28,918 bases of DNA. It comes from a virus (taxonomy: Duplodnaviria > Caudoviricetes). Made by a program: the position numbers and the translations under genes. Position 1 is the stretch's first letter; every line of letters begins with the position of its first letter. Under the pieces are notes generated by a model. It searched no databases, was not told the origin of the DNA, and was given only the letters and a program-made list of their open reading frames with translations. Positions 15,572 through 24,851 of this stretch are shown here, in pieces. The stretch is from the IMG/VR virus record IMGVR_UViG_3300005573_000236, positions 1 to 28,918 of that record; one strand, written 5' to 3'.

Positions 15572-18500
15572 TTGAGTCATCAGCCCGTTCGTGTTTTCTT
15601 TCCCGCAGCAATGGACTGGGGCATTGCCCATTACAGAATTATCCAGCCCGCATCTCTTCTCAGAAAACTTGGACATCATTGTTCAGTTATCCAGACCACC
15701 TACCTTTCGGATGATGAGTTTAAAGTCCTTGATCCAGACTCCTTGATCTTTCAGTCCCAGTTTTCGGACGAGATGATCGAACGTTTGCGGAGTTACCGGG
15801 CGATCAAGCCCTCCGTGCATATCGCCTACGAACTGAACGATGTGATGTGGAGTTTTCCGGATCGATCCATCGTAAAGGACAAGTTTCCTCCGGATCTTGT
15901 GCGTCGTCTGGAAACCATCTTTTCCGGGTGTGACACCGTTGTCTGTTCCAACGACAATCTGGTCCGCCTGACCCGTTCAAAGTTCCATACCAATGCGAAG
16001 ATTGTGTGCGCTCCCAACGGGATGTCCCGTGTTTCGTTTGAAATTCTGAGGGATCTGTACCGGAGACGAAAGAAAGATCCCGCGTCCAAACCCCGGATTG
16101 GATGGACCGGAGGTGCCAATCATGTCGGAGACCTTGACATTATTGCATCCCTTGTCAACAAGACATTGGATCGTTTCCAGTGGGTCTTCTTCGGGCTTCT
16201 TCCTCCCGGTGTCGATCCAATGAATGTGGAATATCATCCCCCTGTTACGTTCGGACAGTATCTTTATACGTTGGGGATGCTGAATCTGGATGTCGCCTTG
16301 GCCCCGCTGGAACAGCACGTGTTCAATGAAGGGAAGAGCGACTTGCGGGTAGTGGAATACGGAGCCTGCGGGTATCCGGTGGTTGCCAGTGACATTGCTC
16401 CCTATAAAAATACGCCCGCCATTCTGGTCAAGAACACGGAAGACGCATGGTTGCAGGGAATTGAAAAGGCCCTGTCGAATCCGGATGATACATGGAGACA
16501 GGTCCATCAGCAGTTTGACTTCATTATCCAGAATCATCTTCTGGAAGATCATGTTTCTCTCTGGAATGAAGCGTGGGGTCAGACAGACTTTCAGTCCGTC
16601 GATTCCCCTCTCTCCCATGACATTGTGGCTGTTTCCCCCGTCATTGTCCGGAAGGCTGACGGAACTGAAATTCCTACCTATCTGAATTGGGAAGATGCCC
16701 AAAAGGAACATCCGGACGCTTCCATATTGTGGGTAGACTCGAAAGCATGGATTCCACCCCATACAGTGGATGAAATGGAAAAACTGCTGGATAATACAAC
16801 GGCATCTGTCTCGTCGTTTTCCAACCGGGGAGATTTCCTGTCCTATCCCCGCATCCATCAGATCAATTCGGGAACGTCCGACGGATATGAGATTATTGTC
16901 AGAGCCGCCAAGGATCTCGTCGCCGAACCGTTTACCGCTCCCAATCCCACGGGAGTTGCGGTTCTCTTTTCAAATACAGCCCTGAGAAAGATCGGGAATC
17001 CCCGTTTCGGGTCCATCCTGTCGGACGGAGCGTTGTCCGAATGGGGGTGCATGGCAAAGCTGGTGGGTCTTACCCATAAAGTGACACCCCATGTCTATTC
17101 CGTTTCGTCCGATATGGAACCCATCCAGCAGGAGGAGATGCAGCGCATCCTGTTCCGGAGCCAGAAGTTGTGTCCGGAAAAGCAGGCGCATATTCAGGAC
17201 TGGGCCAGAAGCTTCCCGGCTGTTCATCAGATTCGAAAGGATCTGGATGTTCTGGTCGCCCAGAAATCTGATACCTATCCGGGATTCCGGGATGGTTTGG
17301 GTTATCAGGATTGGGTGCGCTGGTTTGATTCCCCTTCCCAATCCCGTCTGGAGAAGCTGGAACGGAAGGAGCCTGTTCGTTTTGGTGTGATTCTTCCCGT
17401 TTACCGTCCTGATATGGACCTGTTGAAAGAGACCATCCAGTCCTTGAAGAATCAGGTCTATGGAAACTGGATCTGCGCTCTTGTCAATGATGAAGATCCG
17501 GAAAACGCCACAGAAGGATTGCAGGAATATTTACAGGAACTGGCTTCAGACTCCGATCATTTTATCCTGCAAGATCATCGGGCGAACAAGGGAATTGTGG
17601 CGGCGTCCAATACGGCGCTTTCCTCTCTCCTGTCCCATCCTTCCCCTCCGGACTGGATTTTCTATTTGGACAATGAGGATGTTCTTCCCGTTCATGCAAT
17701 GTTGATGCTTCATCATGAACTTCAGAACCATCCGGAGGCTGAGATCGCCTACACGGATTCGGATTTGATTGATGACAAGGGAGAACGATCCTCTCCCTTC
17801 TTCAAGCCTAACTTTGACTATGAGCGTCTTCTGGGTCAGAACTATTTCAATCATCTGACGCTTTACAAGCGTTCCCGTCTGGAATCCCTGGGAGGATTGA
17901 AAGAGGGAACGGACGGGGCGCAGGATTACGATCTGATCCTGAGATATCTGGAATCCATCGGCATTCCGAAGGAAATGGAAACCAGCCAGAACAAGGTTCT
18001 TCATATTCCTCGCATCCTTTATCACTGGCGGGGAACGGACAATTCCACGTCCATGAACATCCAGTCCAAACCCCACGTCCTCGAACGGGCACGCAATGCC
18101 GTCCTGTCCCATCTGTCCCGCCTTGAACGCACTGCCTTTGTGGGTCCGAACCCTGCCATCCCCATTTATCAGACCGTTCGTTATCTGGTCCCGGACGCCC
18201 TTCGTCCCAAAGTCAGCATCATTGTTCCGTTCAAGGACAAGATCGAGTTCATGGATCGATTCCTTGCTTCCCTTTTCAATAAGACACAGTATCCCGATTT
18301 TGAAGTGATCCTGATCAACAATGGATCGAAAGAAAAACGGAGCAAAAGATTTATTGAGGCGTTGAAGCCGGAGCGTGTGACTGTCCTGTCCTATCCCTTC
18401 TCGTTCAACTGGTCCCGTATCAACAACGAGGGAGCGAAGAAGGCCACCGGAGACTTTCTCCTGTTTATGAACAACGACATGGAGATTTTAGAACCCGCAT

Positions 18501-19558
18501 GGCTGTCGGACATGGTGGGCATGATGTGGAACAATCCGGACATCGGAACGGTGGGTGCCCGTCTTATTTATGGAGACGGTACGATTCAGCATATCGGGGT
18601 ACACACCGATTGCAGGCGGGAAGTCTATGCCTATCATTATGGCCGCTTTCAGCCGTTTGGAAGTCCCGGATACTTTGGACTGCATCAGTTGAATCATGAG
18701 GCCGTCGCCGTAACAGGCGCCTGCATGATGGTTCGCAAGGATCTGTTTGAATCCATGGGGGGATTTAACGAAAAATACCCTGTGAATTATGGGGACGTGG
18801 AATTCTGTTTGCGCCTGAACAAGGAACATCGCAAACGCAACGCCGTCTGTATGAGTTCCATTATCTTTCATCACGAATCCACCACCCGTCAGACAGAAGC
18901 GTCCGTCTCCCTCGATCATGCCAGGCAGATGATGGAATTGAGAAAATTGGCAGACGAGATTGACCTGTCTGATCCTTACTGGAATCCGAATCATCTTGCC
19001 ACGTCCGCGACACTGAATGAAGTCGAGTGGCCTCCCGAACCGTTCTTTTGGGAAGGAGAGATTTCAGATCGTCCGTGGGCGGTAGTTGTAAACGGAAGGG
19101 AAGATGACTGGGCCGTGGTACGGCAAGAAGGCTATCGAGTGATGGCCATGCAGGCGGATGAGAAAAACGTCTCTGTCGAACTTCCGACGTTCTATAACTA
19201 CATGCCGTGGAAACGTCAACTGGAATGGAAAGACGTTCGGGAGTTTCTGGATCGCTTCCATCCGGAAAAAACGATTTTCTACACCTTGGGAGAATCATCT
19301 CCGGAACTCCTTCGCTGGATGGTGCGGGTGCTGGATCACATCGAATACCGTCCCGTCAATGACGAAAGGCTGTGTCCATGGGGAGACCGTCGGGTAAACG
19401 GGGAACCCTGTGACAATTGGGAACGGGAACCGCATGAAATAGACAGGGATATCTGCCGTCGTTGTATTTCATCAAACGGATCTCCTTTTGGATTTGTCGA
19501 TCCGATGGAATGGAAGACGGAATGGGATGTGTTTCTGAAAAATTCCAGCCAGCGGTAA
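15572..19558 (+). CDS. multi-domain glycosyltransferase (GT4-like N-terminus plus GT2-like domains)
   Basis: LAPLE...FNEGKSDLRVVEYGACGYPVVASD; ILPVY...YLDNED...YTDSD...FFKPNF...AQDYDL; VSIIVPFKD...FNWSRINN...LLFMNND; GGAGG RBS before TTG 15572. Confidence 0.9.
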   Translation: MSHQPVRVFFPAAMDWGIAHYRIIQPASLLRKLGHHCSVIQTTYLSDDEFKVLDPDSLIFQSQFSDEMIERLRSYRAIKPSVHIAYELNDVMWSFPDRSIVKDKFPPDLVRRLETIFSGCDTVVCSNDNLVRLTRSKFHTNAKIVCAPNGMSRVSFEILRDLYRRRKKDPASKPRIGWTGGANHVGDLDIIASLVNKTLDRFQWVFFGLLPPGVDPMNVEYHPPVTFGQYLYTLGMLNLDVALAPLEQHVFNEGKSDLRVVEYGACGYPVVASDIAPYKNTPAILVKNTEDAWLQGIEKALSNPDDTWRQVHQQFDFIIQNHLLEDHVSLWNEAWGQTDFQSVDSPLSHDIVAVSPVIVRKADGTEIPTYLNWEDAQKEHPDASILWVDSKAWIPPHTVDEMEKLLDNTTASVSSFSNRGDFLSYPRIHQINSGTSDGYEIIVRAAKDLVAEPFTAPNPTGVAVLFSNTALRKIGNPRFGSILSDGALSEWGCMAKLVGLTHKVTPHVYSVSSDMEPIQQEEMQRILFRSQKLCPEKQAHIQDWARSFPAVHQIRKDLDVLVAQKSDTYPGFRDGLGYQDWVRWFDSPSQSRLEKLERKEPVRFGVILPVYRPDMDLLKETIQSLKNQVYGNWICALVNDEDPENATEGLQEYLQELASDSDHFILQDHRANKGIVAASNTALSSLLSHPSPPDWIFYLDNEDVLPVHAMLMLHHELQNHPEAEIAYTDSDLIDDKGERSSPFFKPNFDYERLLGQNYFNHLTLYKRSRLESLGGLKEGTDGAQDYDLILRYLESIGIPKEMETSQNKVLHIPRILYHWRGTDNSTSMNIQSKPHVLERARNAVLSHLSRLERTAFVGPNPAIPIYQTVRYLVPDALRPKVSIIVPFKDKIEFMDRFLASLFNKTQYPDFEVILINNGSKEKRSKRFIEALKPERVTVLSYPFSFNWSRINNEGAKKATGDFLLFMNNDMEILEPAWLSDMVGMMWNNPDIGTVGARLIYGDGTIQHIGVHTDCRREVYAYHYGRFQPFGSPGYFGLHQLNHEAVAVTGACMMVRKDLFESMGGFNEKYPVNYGDVEFCLRLNKEHRKRNAVCMSSIIFHHESTTRQTEASVSLDHARQMMELRKLADEIDLSDPYWNPNHLATSATLNEVEWPPEPFFWEGEISDRPWAVVVNGREDDWAVVRQEGYRVMAMQADEKNVSVELPTFYNYMPWKRQLEWKDVREFLDRFHPEKTIFYTLGESSPELLRWMVRVLDHIEYRPVNDERLCPWGDRRVNGEPCDNWEREPHEIDRDICRRCISSNGSPFGFVDPMEWKTEWDVFLKNSSQR

Positions 19559-19560
19559 GC

Positions 19561-19881
19561 GTGTTGGATATTCCCTATCAGCATTTCAACTACCGGCAAC
19601 TGTCCAGATGCGACTGTTGTCTGTGCCAGAAGACACGAGAGGCTCGTAGAAAAATCAAGGGCCAGAGTGTAGAGGAATGGGAGGTCAATCGGAAACGATG
19701 GGACTTCCGCAGAAAACTCTATACGGAATTGTCATTCATTGTTGCCTATGATCGCCTGCCATTCTCCATCCTTGATGGGGTCTGGCAGGCCCTTGTGATT
19801 GACGAAGACTGGAATGATGATTGGCCCTCCATGACGCTTTCCCAGCTAATCGAATACTTCTCGTCTGAATCTGAAACGTAG
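19561..19881 (+). CDS. hypothetical protein
   Basis: in-frame GTG 2 nt after the glycosyltransferase stop; fills the gap; start uncertain. Confidence 0.5.
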   Translation: MLDIPYQHFNYRQLSRCDCCLCQKTREARRKIKGQSVEEWEVNRKRWDFRRKLYTELSFIVAYDRLPFSILDGVWQALVIDEDWNDDWPSMTLSQLIEYFSSESET

Positions 19882-19984
19882 TTTCAAATTTCATTCCTGT
19901 GGTGACTGCTCCCTTCCCTTTCGGAAGGGGTCTTATGATGAGTTTCCTATAATATAGATGACCATCTTTTTAAAGGAGATCCCT

Positions 19985-20593
19985 ATGCTTGCCATCGTCA
20001 AGAAGTTGAAGCAAGGACAGCACAAGACACCCCCCAAGGGGAAACCCAAGGATCGGTCCCAATATGCCGTTCCCGAGCACTATGAGTTTCCCGTCAACGA
20101 TGCCAAGCATGTTCGGGCGGCCTTGGCCTATTTTGACAAACACAAGTGGGAATCCCCCGAAGTGAAGCGAAAAGCGGCCAAACGGATTCTGTCCGCCGCC
20201 AAGAAATTCGGGGTTGAGGTGTCCGAAGATTCGAACGTGTATCGGGCGGCCCATGGAGGCGAGGCCAAGAAAGCCTTGTGGACAGCGGCTGAACTGACCC
20301 ATATCGCCGGGAATCTGTTTATGGTGGCGGATTCTTTAGGGTTTGAAGCTCTCGATGAAAGAGATCCCAGGGATGTCATCACATCCCTTCGTGCCAGAAA
20401 GATGGCAGTGGAAGTGTGCAATCTGATTCTGGACATCGTGAACGAAGAGATTGATGAACTTGGAAAGCCCAGAAAAGAGATGGCGGAATCCTTTGGACCC
20501 CTTCTGAATGCGGACGGCAATATCCAGCCCGGAAACCTTTCCACGGAAGCCAAGGATTGGGGCCTGTCCGCCCTGCATGAGGTCTCCCCGTGA
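19985..20593 (+). CDS. head-associated protein with DUF6582-like motif
   Basis: AAGGAG RBS; YAVPEHYEFPVNDAKHVRAALAYF...RILSAAKKFGVEV. Confidence 0.7.
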   Translation: MLAIVKKLKQGQHKTPPKGKPKDRSQYAVPEHYEFPVNDAKHVRAALAYFDKHKWESPEVKRKAAKRILSAAKKFGVEVSEDSNVYRAAHGGEAKKALWTAAELTHIAGNLFMVADSLGFEALDERDPRDVITSLRARKMAVEVCNLILDIVNEEIDELGKPRKEMAESFGPLLNADGNIQPGNLSTEAKDWGLSALHEVSP

Positions 20594-21375
20594 TGGAAGC
20601 GATCTGTCTGACATTCCCGACAATCATCAAGGCTTCACAGAAAGATGGCAAGCGACTGATTGAAGTGCAGGCGTCGTCGGAAGATGTTGATCTGGAAGGA
20701 GATGTCATTCTTCAAAAGGCATTATTGGATTCGGCGGATTCTTTTGTGAAAAACGGTCATATTGACATCGATCATATTTCCGAAGTGGGACATCGATATG
20801 GAATCTCCAATCCGGATGCCTATATTATCGGATATCCGACGGAAGTACTGGATAAGGGAAAAGGACATACCTATGTCAGGTTTGAATTGTTAAGAGACGA
20901 TGATGGAGAAGAAGACGACTCGCATCTGTATAATTTTGTCTGGAAATCCTTGCATACGAAACCACCGATGAAATGGAGCGCATCGATTTATGGTTTTCCT
21001 GTCGATGGAGAATGGGACGATTGTTCAGAGACGAAGTGTGATGGGACAAAGGCGACTCGATACTTGGTTAAAGGACTGGACTGGAAATCTTTGGCGTTGA
21101 CACGACGCCCTGTCAACAATCAGTTGAAAGGCTTTGCCCGGATTGTCAAGTCCTCATTTTATGCGGAATCGGTTCTGGGTCTGGTCAAGAATGAGAACCT
21201 TCCCAACGAGGGTTGTTCCTGCCAGAACAAAAAGAAGCTGAAACGGGACACGTCTCCGGGTGTTGGAGTCCATCAGGATACCTATCCGGACGTGAACCGC
21301 CGGATTAAGTCACTGGCGGATGATCTGGCTTTTGAACTTGTAGCCCAGATTGCAAAGAGGGCATGTCGAAACTGA
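20590..21375 (+). CDS. prohead protease
   Basis: IEVQASSEDVDLEGDVI, IDIDH, WSASIYG, ALTRRPVN; lies between portal and capsid. Confidence 0.85.
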   Translation: MMEAICLTFPTIIKASQKDGKRLIEVQASSEDVDLEGDVILQKALLDSADSFVKNGHIDIDHISEVGHRYGISNPDAYIIGYPTEVLDKGKGHTYVRFELLRDDDGEEDDSHLYNFVWKSLHTKPPMKWSASIYGFPVDGEWDDCSETKCDGTKATRYLVKGLDWKSLALTRRPVNNQLKGFARIVKSSFYAESVLGLVKNENLPNEGCSCQNKKKLKRDTSPGVGVHQDTYPDVNRRIKSLADDLAFELVAQIAKRACRN

Positions 21376-21457
21376 TGCGAAATATAGTTTCGCCATATCC
21401 TCCTATAATAAACAATAGTAAGTTTAACTTTTAACAATCCTCTCAAGGAGATACAAG

Positions 21458-22864
21458 ATGCCGACGGATTCGAAATCCATTCGGGACAGGATCATGGAGA
21501 AAGTCAAGTCTATTGCCCCTGCTGAGACCAAGCCCGAGACTCTCGACAGTCTGGTCGATCAGCTTTCCAAAGCAACTCAGGCTTCCGTTCGGGAGATCCT
21601 GAACGAGATCCCGATCCATGAAGACCTGTTCTACGACAACAATCAGAACTCCAATCCATCCTCTAATGTTATCCGGATGGGTCCGAAGGAATCTGCTTCG
21701 GGTGATGGTGCCGAACATATGATTCGGCAGTATTCCAATGTGGCCCCCCAAGGCGACGGAACCATCTCGGAACTGTATGGACGTTTCAGCCGGGAACTCG
21801 ATTCGCTTCGGAAGGCCCTTTCCACCGATGTGACCGGGCTGATGAAAACCAATGCTGCCCTGATCAAGGCCGTTTCTCTTCTGTCCGAATCCTTTAGGGT
21901 TCAGAACGCTGTTCTGGGCGCCATCCTGAAAGCGGAAAAGGAAGAGGAAGAGGAAGAGGAGGAAATGAAGAAGAAAGCAAAGAAGGCTGAGGAAGAGGAA
22001 GAAGAAGAGGAAGAGGAGTCTGAGAAGGCCAAGGCTCTGAAGTATGCCAAGAAAGCCAAAACCCTCATCCTGAAAGCGGAAGTGTCGGATCTGGAAGAGA
22101 CAGCCAATCCGGATGAACTGATTTCCAAGGCGGCCTCCTTCCTGAAGAAAGCGACTTCTTTGCTGATGAAGGCTTTGGAAGAGACAACCAGCGAAAGCGA
22201 AGAAACCAGCATCGAGAAGTCTTTGGAAGATGTCAAGAAGCTGTCTTCACGGTTGAGCAAGGCCAAGGATTTTGTGGCTTCCCTGAAGAAAGCGGATGAA
22301 GAGGAAGAAGACGAAGAGGAAGAAGACGAAGAGGAAGAGGAAGAAGCCGCCGTTGTCAACATCAATCAGGGGGCCGAAGAGGAAGAAGACGAAGAGGAAG
22401 AGGACGAAGAGGAAGAGAAAGCCAAGAAATCCTCCAAGAAACCTTCCAGAAAGAGCAAGAAAGCGAAAAGACCGGCTCCGGGCAATCAGAAAGACAGCGC
22501 CAACAAGGATGGCAATCAGAAAGACGGTGCCGTCAAAGCCTCTGACCTGCCGGGTCTCGTTGCTTCGATCAGCAAGCGGACTGTTTCGGAACTGATGGAC
22601 ATCATCGGGAATCAGAGCCGTGGGAAAGTCGCTCCCAACCTGTCCAAGGCGACCCTTGAATCGTTCCTCATCTCGAAGGCGCAGGCCATTGAGGAAGCGG
22701 TAGCAAATGAGGAAATGACAGACATGGAAGCCTCGACCGCCGAGAGCATCCTGAACATGTTCACATTGGTGCATCAGAATGAGATTTCTCAGGATCTCGT
22801 GACGGAGCGTTTGTCGGTAGCCCCCACATCCGTTCAGAGAATCTTCAACTTTGACCGGGTTTAA
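21458..22864 (+). CDS. acidic scaffold-like head protein
   Basis: poly-Glu tracts, helical composition, position between protease and capsid; AAGGAG RBS. Confidence 0.7.
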   Translation: MPTDSKSIRDRIMEKVKSIAPAETKPETLDSLVDQLSKATQASVREILNEIPIHEDLFYDNNQNSNPSSNVIRMGPKESASGDGAEHMIRQYSNVAPQGDGTISELYGRFSRELDSLRKALSTDVTGLMKTNAALIKAVSLLSESFRVQNAVLGAILKAEKEEEEEEEEMKKKAKKAEEEEEEEEEESEKAKALKYAKKAKTLILKAEVSDLEETANPDELISKAASFLKKATSLLMKALEETTSESEETSIEKSLEDVKKLSSRLSKAKDFVASLKKADEEEEDEEEEDEEEEEEAAVVNINQGAEEEEDEEEEDEEEEKAKKSSKKPSRKSKKAKRPAPGNQKDSANKDGNQKDGAVKASDLPGLVASISKRTVSELMDIIGNQSRGKVAPNLSKATLESFLISKAQAIEEAVANEEMTDMEASTAESILNMFTLVHQNEISQDLVTERLSVAPTSVQRIFNFDRV

Positions 22865-22891
22865 CATTTAGGATTTCAAGGAGGACATTCG

Positions 22892-24793
22892 ATGGGTTCG
22901 GGACTTGTACTGGAAAAGAGCGAATTCCAACTGGACGCTCATCAGCAAATGTACATGAGAGGGAAAACGCAGGAGGCATACGCTGCTATTGAAAAGGGCG
23001 CCAAGTCTCTCGTTTCCCTCAATCCCCAGTGCCAAGCGCAGGCGACATTCCTCTCCCAGCTTCCGATTTTGATGGAGATGAACACGCCGCTGACCGCCAA
23101 GGCACGGGAATGGATGCAGAAACTGGAAGATGGCCCGATGAAGAGGTCCAACCGGATCTCCAAAGTCTGGCGTTCCAATATTCCCAGATATCAGAAAAAT
23201 CTCAATGAGTTCCAGAAGGCCCTCAAGAGCGATCCTGTCCTCTCCAAGGCGTATGGAACGGCGGACGAGATGGCTAAGGGCGGATCGATTGCCAAGGCCA
23301 CTCTGGACGTGGGATCACTGACGGACTTCTCCCAGATCACCGGGGGTCAGTCGTTGGGTTATGTTTCTCTGGACACCCGGATGGCCCGTGGGACTATCCG
23401 TCCGGAGTCTTTCACCCTCTACAATGCCCTGAAGAAAACCGCCGCCTTTCAGGTGGTGGACTACTGGGCCTACGCCAACTACACCGGAGGTCCGCCTCCC
23501 GGTTCGTCCTTTGCGGCCTTCGAAACTGTTTCCAGCGGAACGCTTCAAACCTCCGCCGGATCGTACCAGATTCGTTACATCACCTTGAAACTGGCCCTGA
23601 ACGGACGTGCCATCACCGTCGCCCTTGCCGCACAGAACTCCTTTGTGAACGTGCAGGAGCAGGAAAATGCGAACGCTGCCCTCGATGTGCTGTCCAGCAT
23701 CAACTGGTCCTGCTATTGGGGTCTGACAGGGATTCAGCCTGCCAATGCGTCTGGCATCTACTCGTCCCAGTTCCAGGGGATCTATGGTCTTCTTCCCGCC
23801 GCCAACGTTCAGAACTTCTATGAATGGTATAAGGCGAACGGGTCGGGGCTGACCCAGCAGCAGGGTCTGTATAATCTGATCTACCAGACCATCGCCACCG
23901 TTGTCACTCCCAGAAACTACGGCAAGATCACGCACGTCTTCATGACTCCCGAGACGATTGCGGATCTCCAGAGCCTCGTGACAACGCTTCTTAACAACAT
24001 CGTCACCAACATCACCCAGTTCGGCCTTCGTGCAGACGCCATCATGGTCAACGGCGATCTCGAAGGAATGAAAACACGGTTCGGAGACGTGCAGTTTGTC
24101 ACCGACATCTTGATCAATGCTCGTAACAAGCCCGTACAGGCCATCCTTGCGAACGAGGAGAATGGACAATACTACCCTTCCCCCAACCTCAATCCTCCGG
24201 CCTCTGTGACGGCAACTGTCCTGTCATCCGGTGTGGCAGGTTCCATGTGGGATTCGACCTTTGCCCCGGCAACCAATTCTTATGTCTATGCGGCGGCTAC
24301 AGTGGATTCCACCATGAACGAGTCCACCCTGACCTACTCGGGCGTCGTGTCCAATGTTCCCGTGGGTGGAGCGGTCAGTCTTTCTCTTGCCAATCCTGCA
24401 ACACTGGGATCGATGGTCGGATTCCGTATTTACCGTTCCGGCCTGAACTACAATCAGACGGGATCAAACATTTCACCCGCAGCGTTCCGGTATATCGGAG
24501 ATGTCCTGATGACTTCCGGAGCTCCGGCAACCTTTGTGGATCTCAATACATGGATTCCGGGAGCGGACACCCTGTTCCTTCTGGACATGAATGAAGCGGA
24601 TGAAGCGATAGATTATCGTTATCTGTTGCCACTTTCGCGGATTGAACTCTTTGCGAGCTCGCTTTTCATGCCCTGGGCTGTAGCCACGATTGGCTCCATC
24701 CGGTTGAAGATTCCCAAGTTCCATGCAGCGATTAACAACTACATCCCGGATACTCCCAACTGGAATCCATTGCTTCCATATGGATCGTACTAA
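22892..24793 (+). CDS. major capsid protein (precursor)
   Basis: AGGAGG RBS; TGGQSLGYVSLD, QFQGI, THVFM; Ser/Thr-rich inserted domain (YVYAAATVD...GFRIYRS); followed by a strong terminator. Confidence 0.85.
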   Translation: MGSGLVLEKSEFQLDAHQQMYMRGKTQEAYAAIEKGAKSLVSLNPQCQAQATFLSQLPILMEMNTPLTAKAREWMQKLEDGPMKRSNRISKVWRSNIPRYQKNLNEFQKALKSDPVLSKAYGTADEMAKGGSIAKATLDVGSLTDFSQITGGQSLGYVSLDTRMARGTIRPESFTLYNALKKTAAFQVVDYWAYANYTGGPPPGSSFAAFETVSSGTLQTSAGSYQIRYITLKLALNGRAITVALAAQNSFVNVQEQENANAALDVLSSINWSCYWGLTGIQPANASGIYSSQFQGIYGLLPAANVQNFYEWYKANGSGLTQQQGLYNLIYQTIATVVTPRNYGKITHVFMTPETIADLQSLVTTLLNNIVTNITQFGLRADAIMVNGDLEGMKTRFGDVQFVTDILINARNKPVQAILANEENGQYYPSPNLNPPASVTATVLSSGVAGSMWDSTFAPATNSYVYAAATVDSTMNESTLTYSGVVSNVPVGGAVSLSLANPATLGSMVGFRIYRSGLNYNQTGSNISPAAFRYIGDVLMTSGAPATFVDLNTWIPGADTLFLLDMNEADEAIDYRYLLPLSRIELFASSLFMPWAVATIGSIRLKIPKFHAAINNYIPDTPNWNPLLPYGSY

Positions 24794-24820
24794 TCAGGAT
24801 GTAGTGTTCTGAACATCTAG

Positions 24821-24848
24821 GGGGAGGCCAAAAGCCTCCCCTTTTTTT
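24821..24848 (+). terminator. intrinsic terminator after the capsid gene
   Basis: GGGGAGGC-CAAAA-GCCTCCCC-TTTTTTT. Confidence 0.85.
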
Positions 24849-24851
24849 GAT

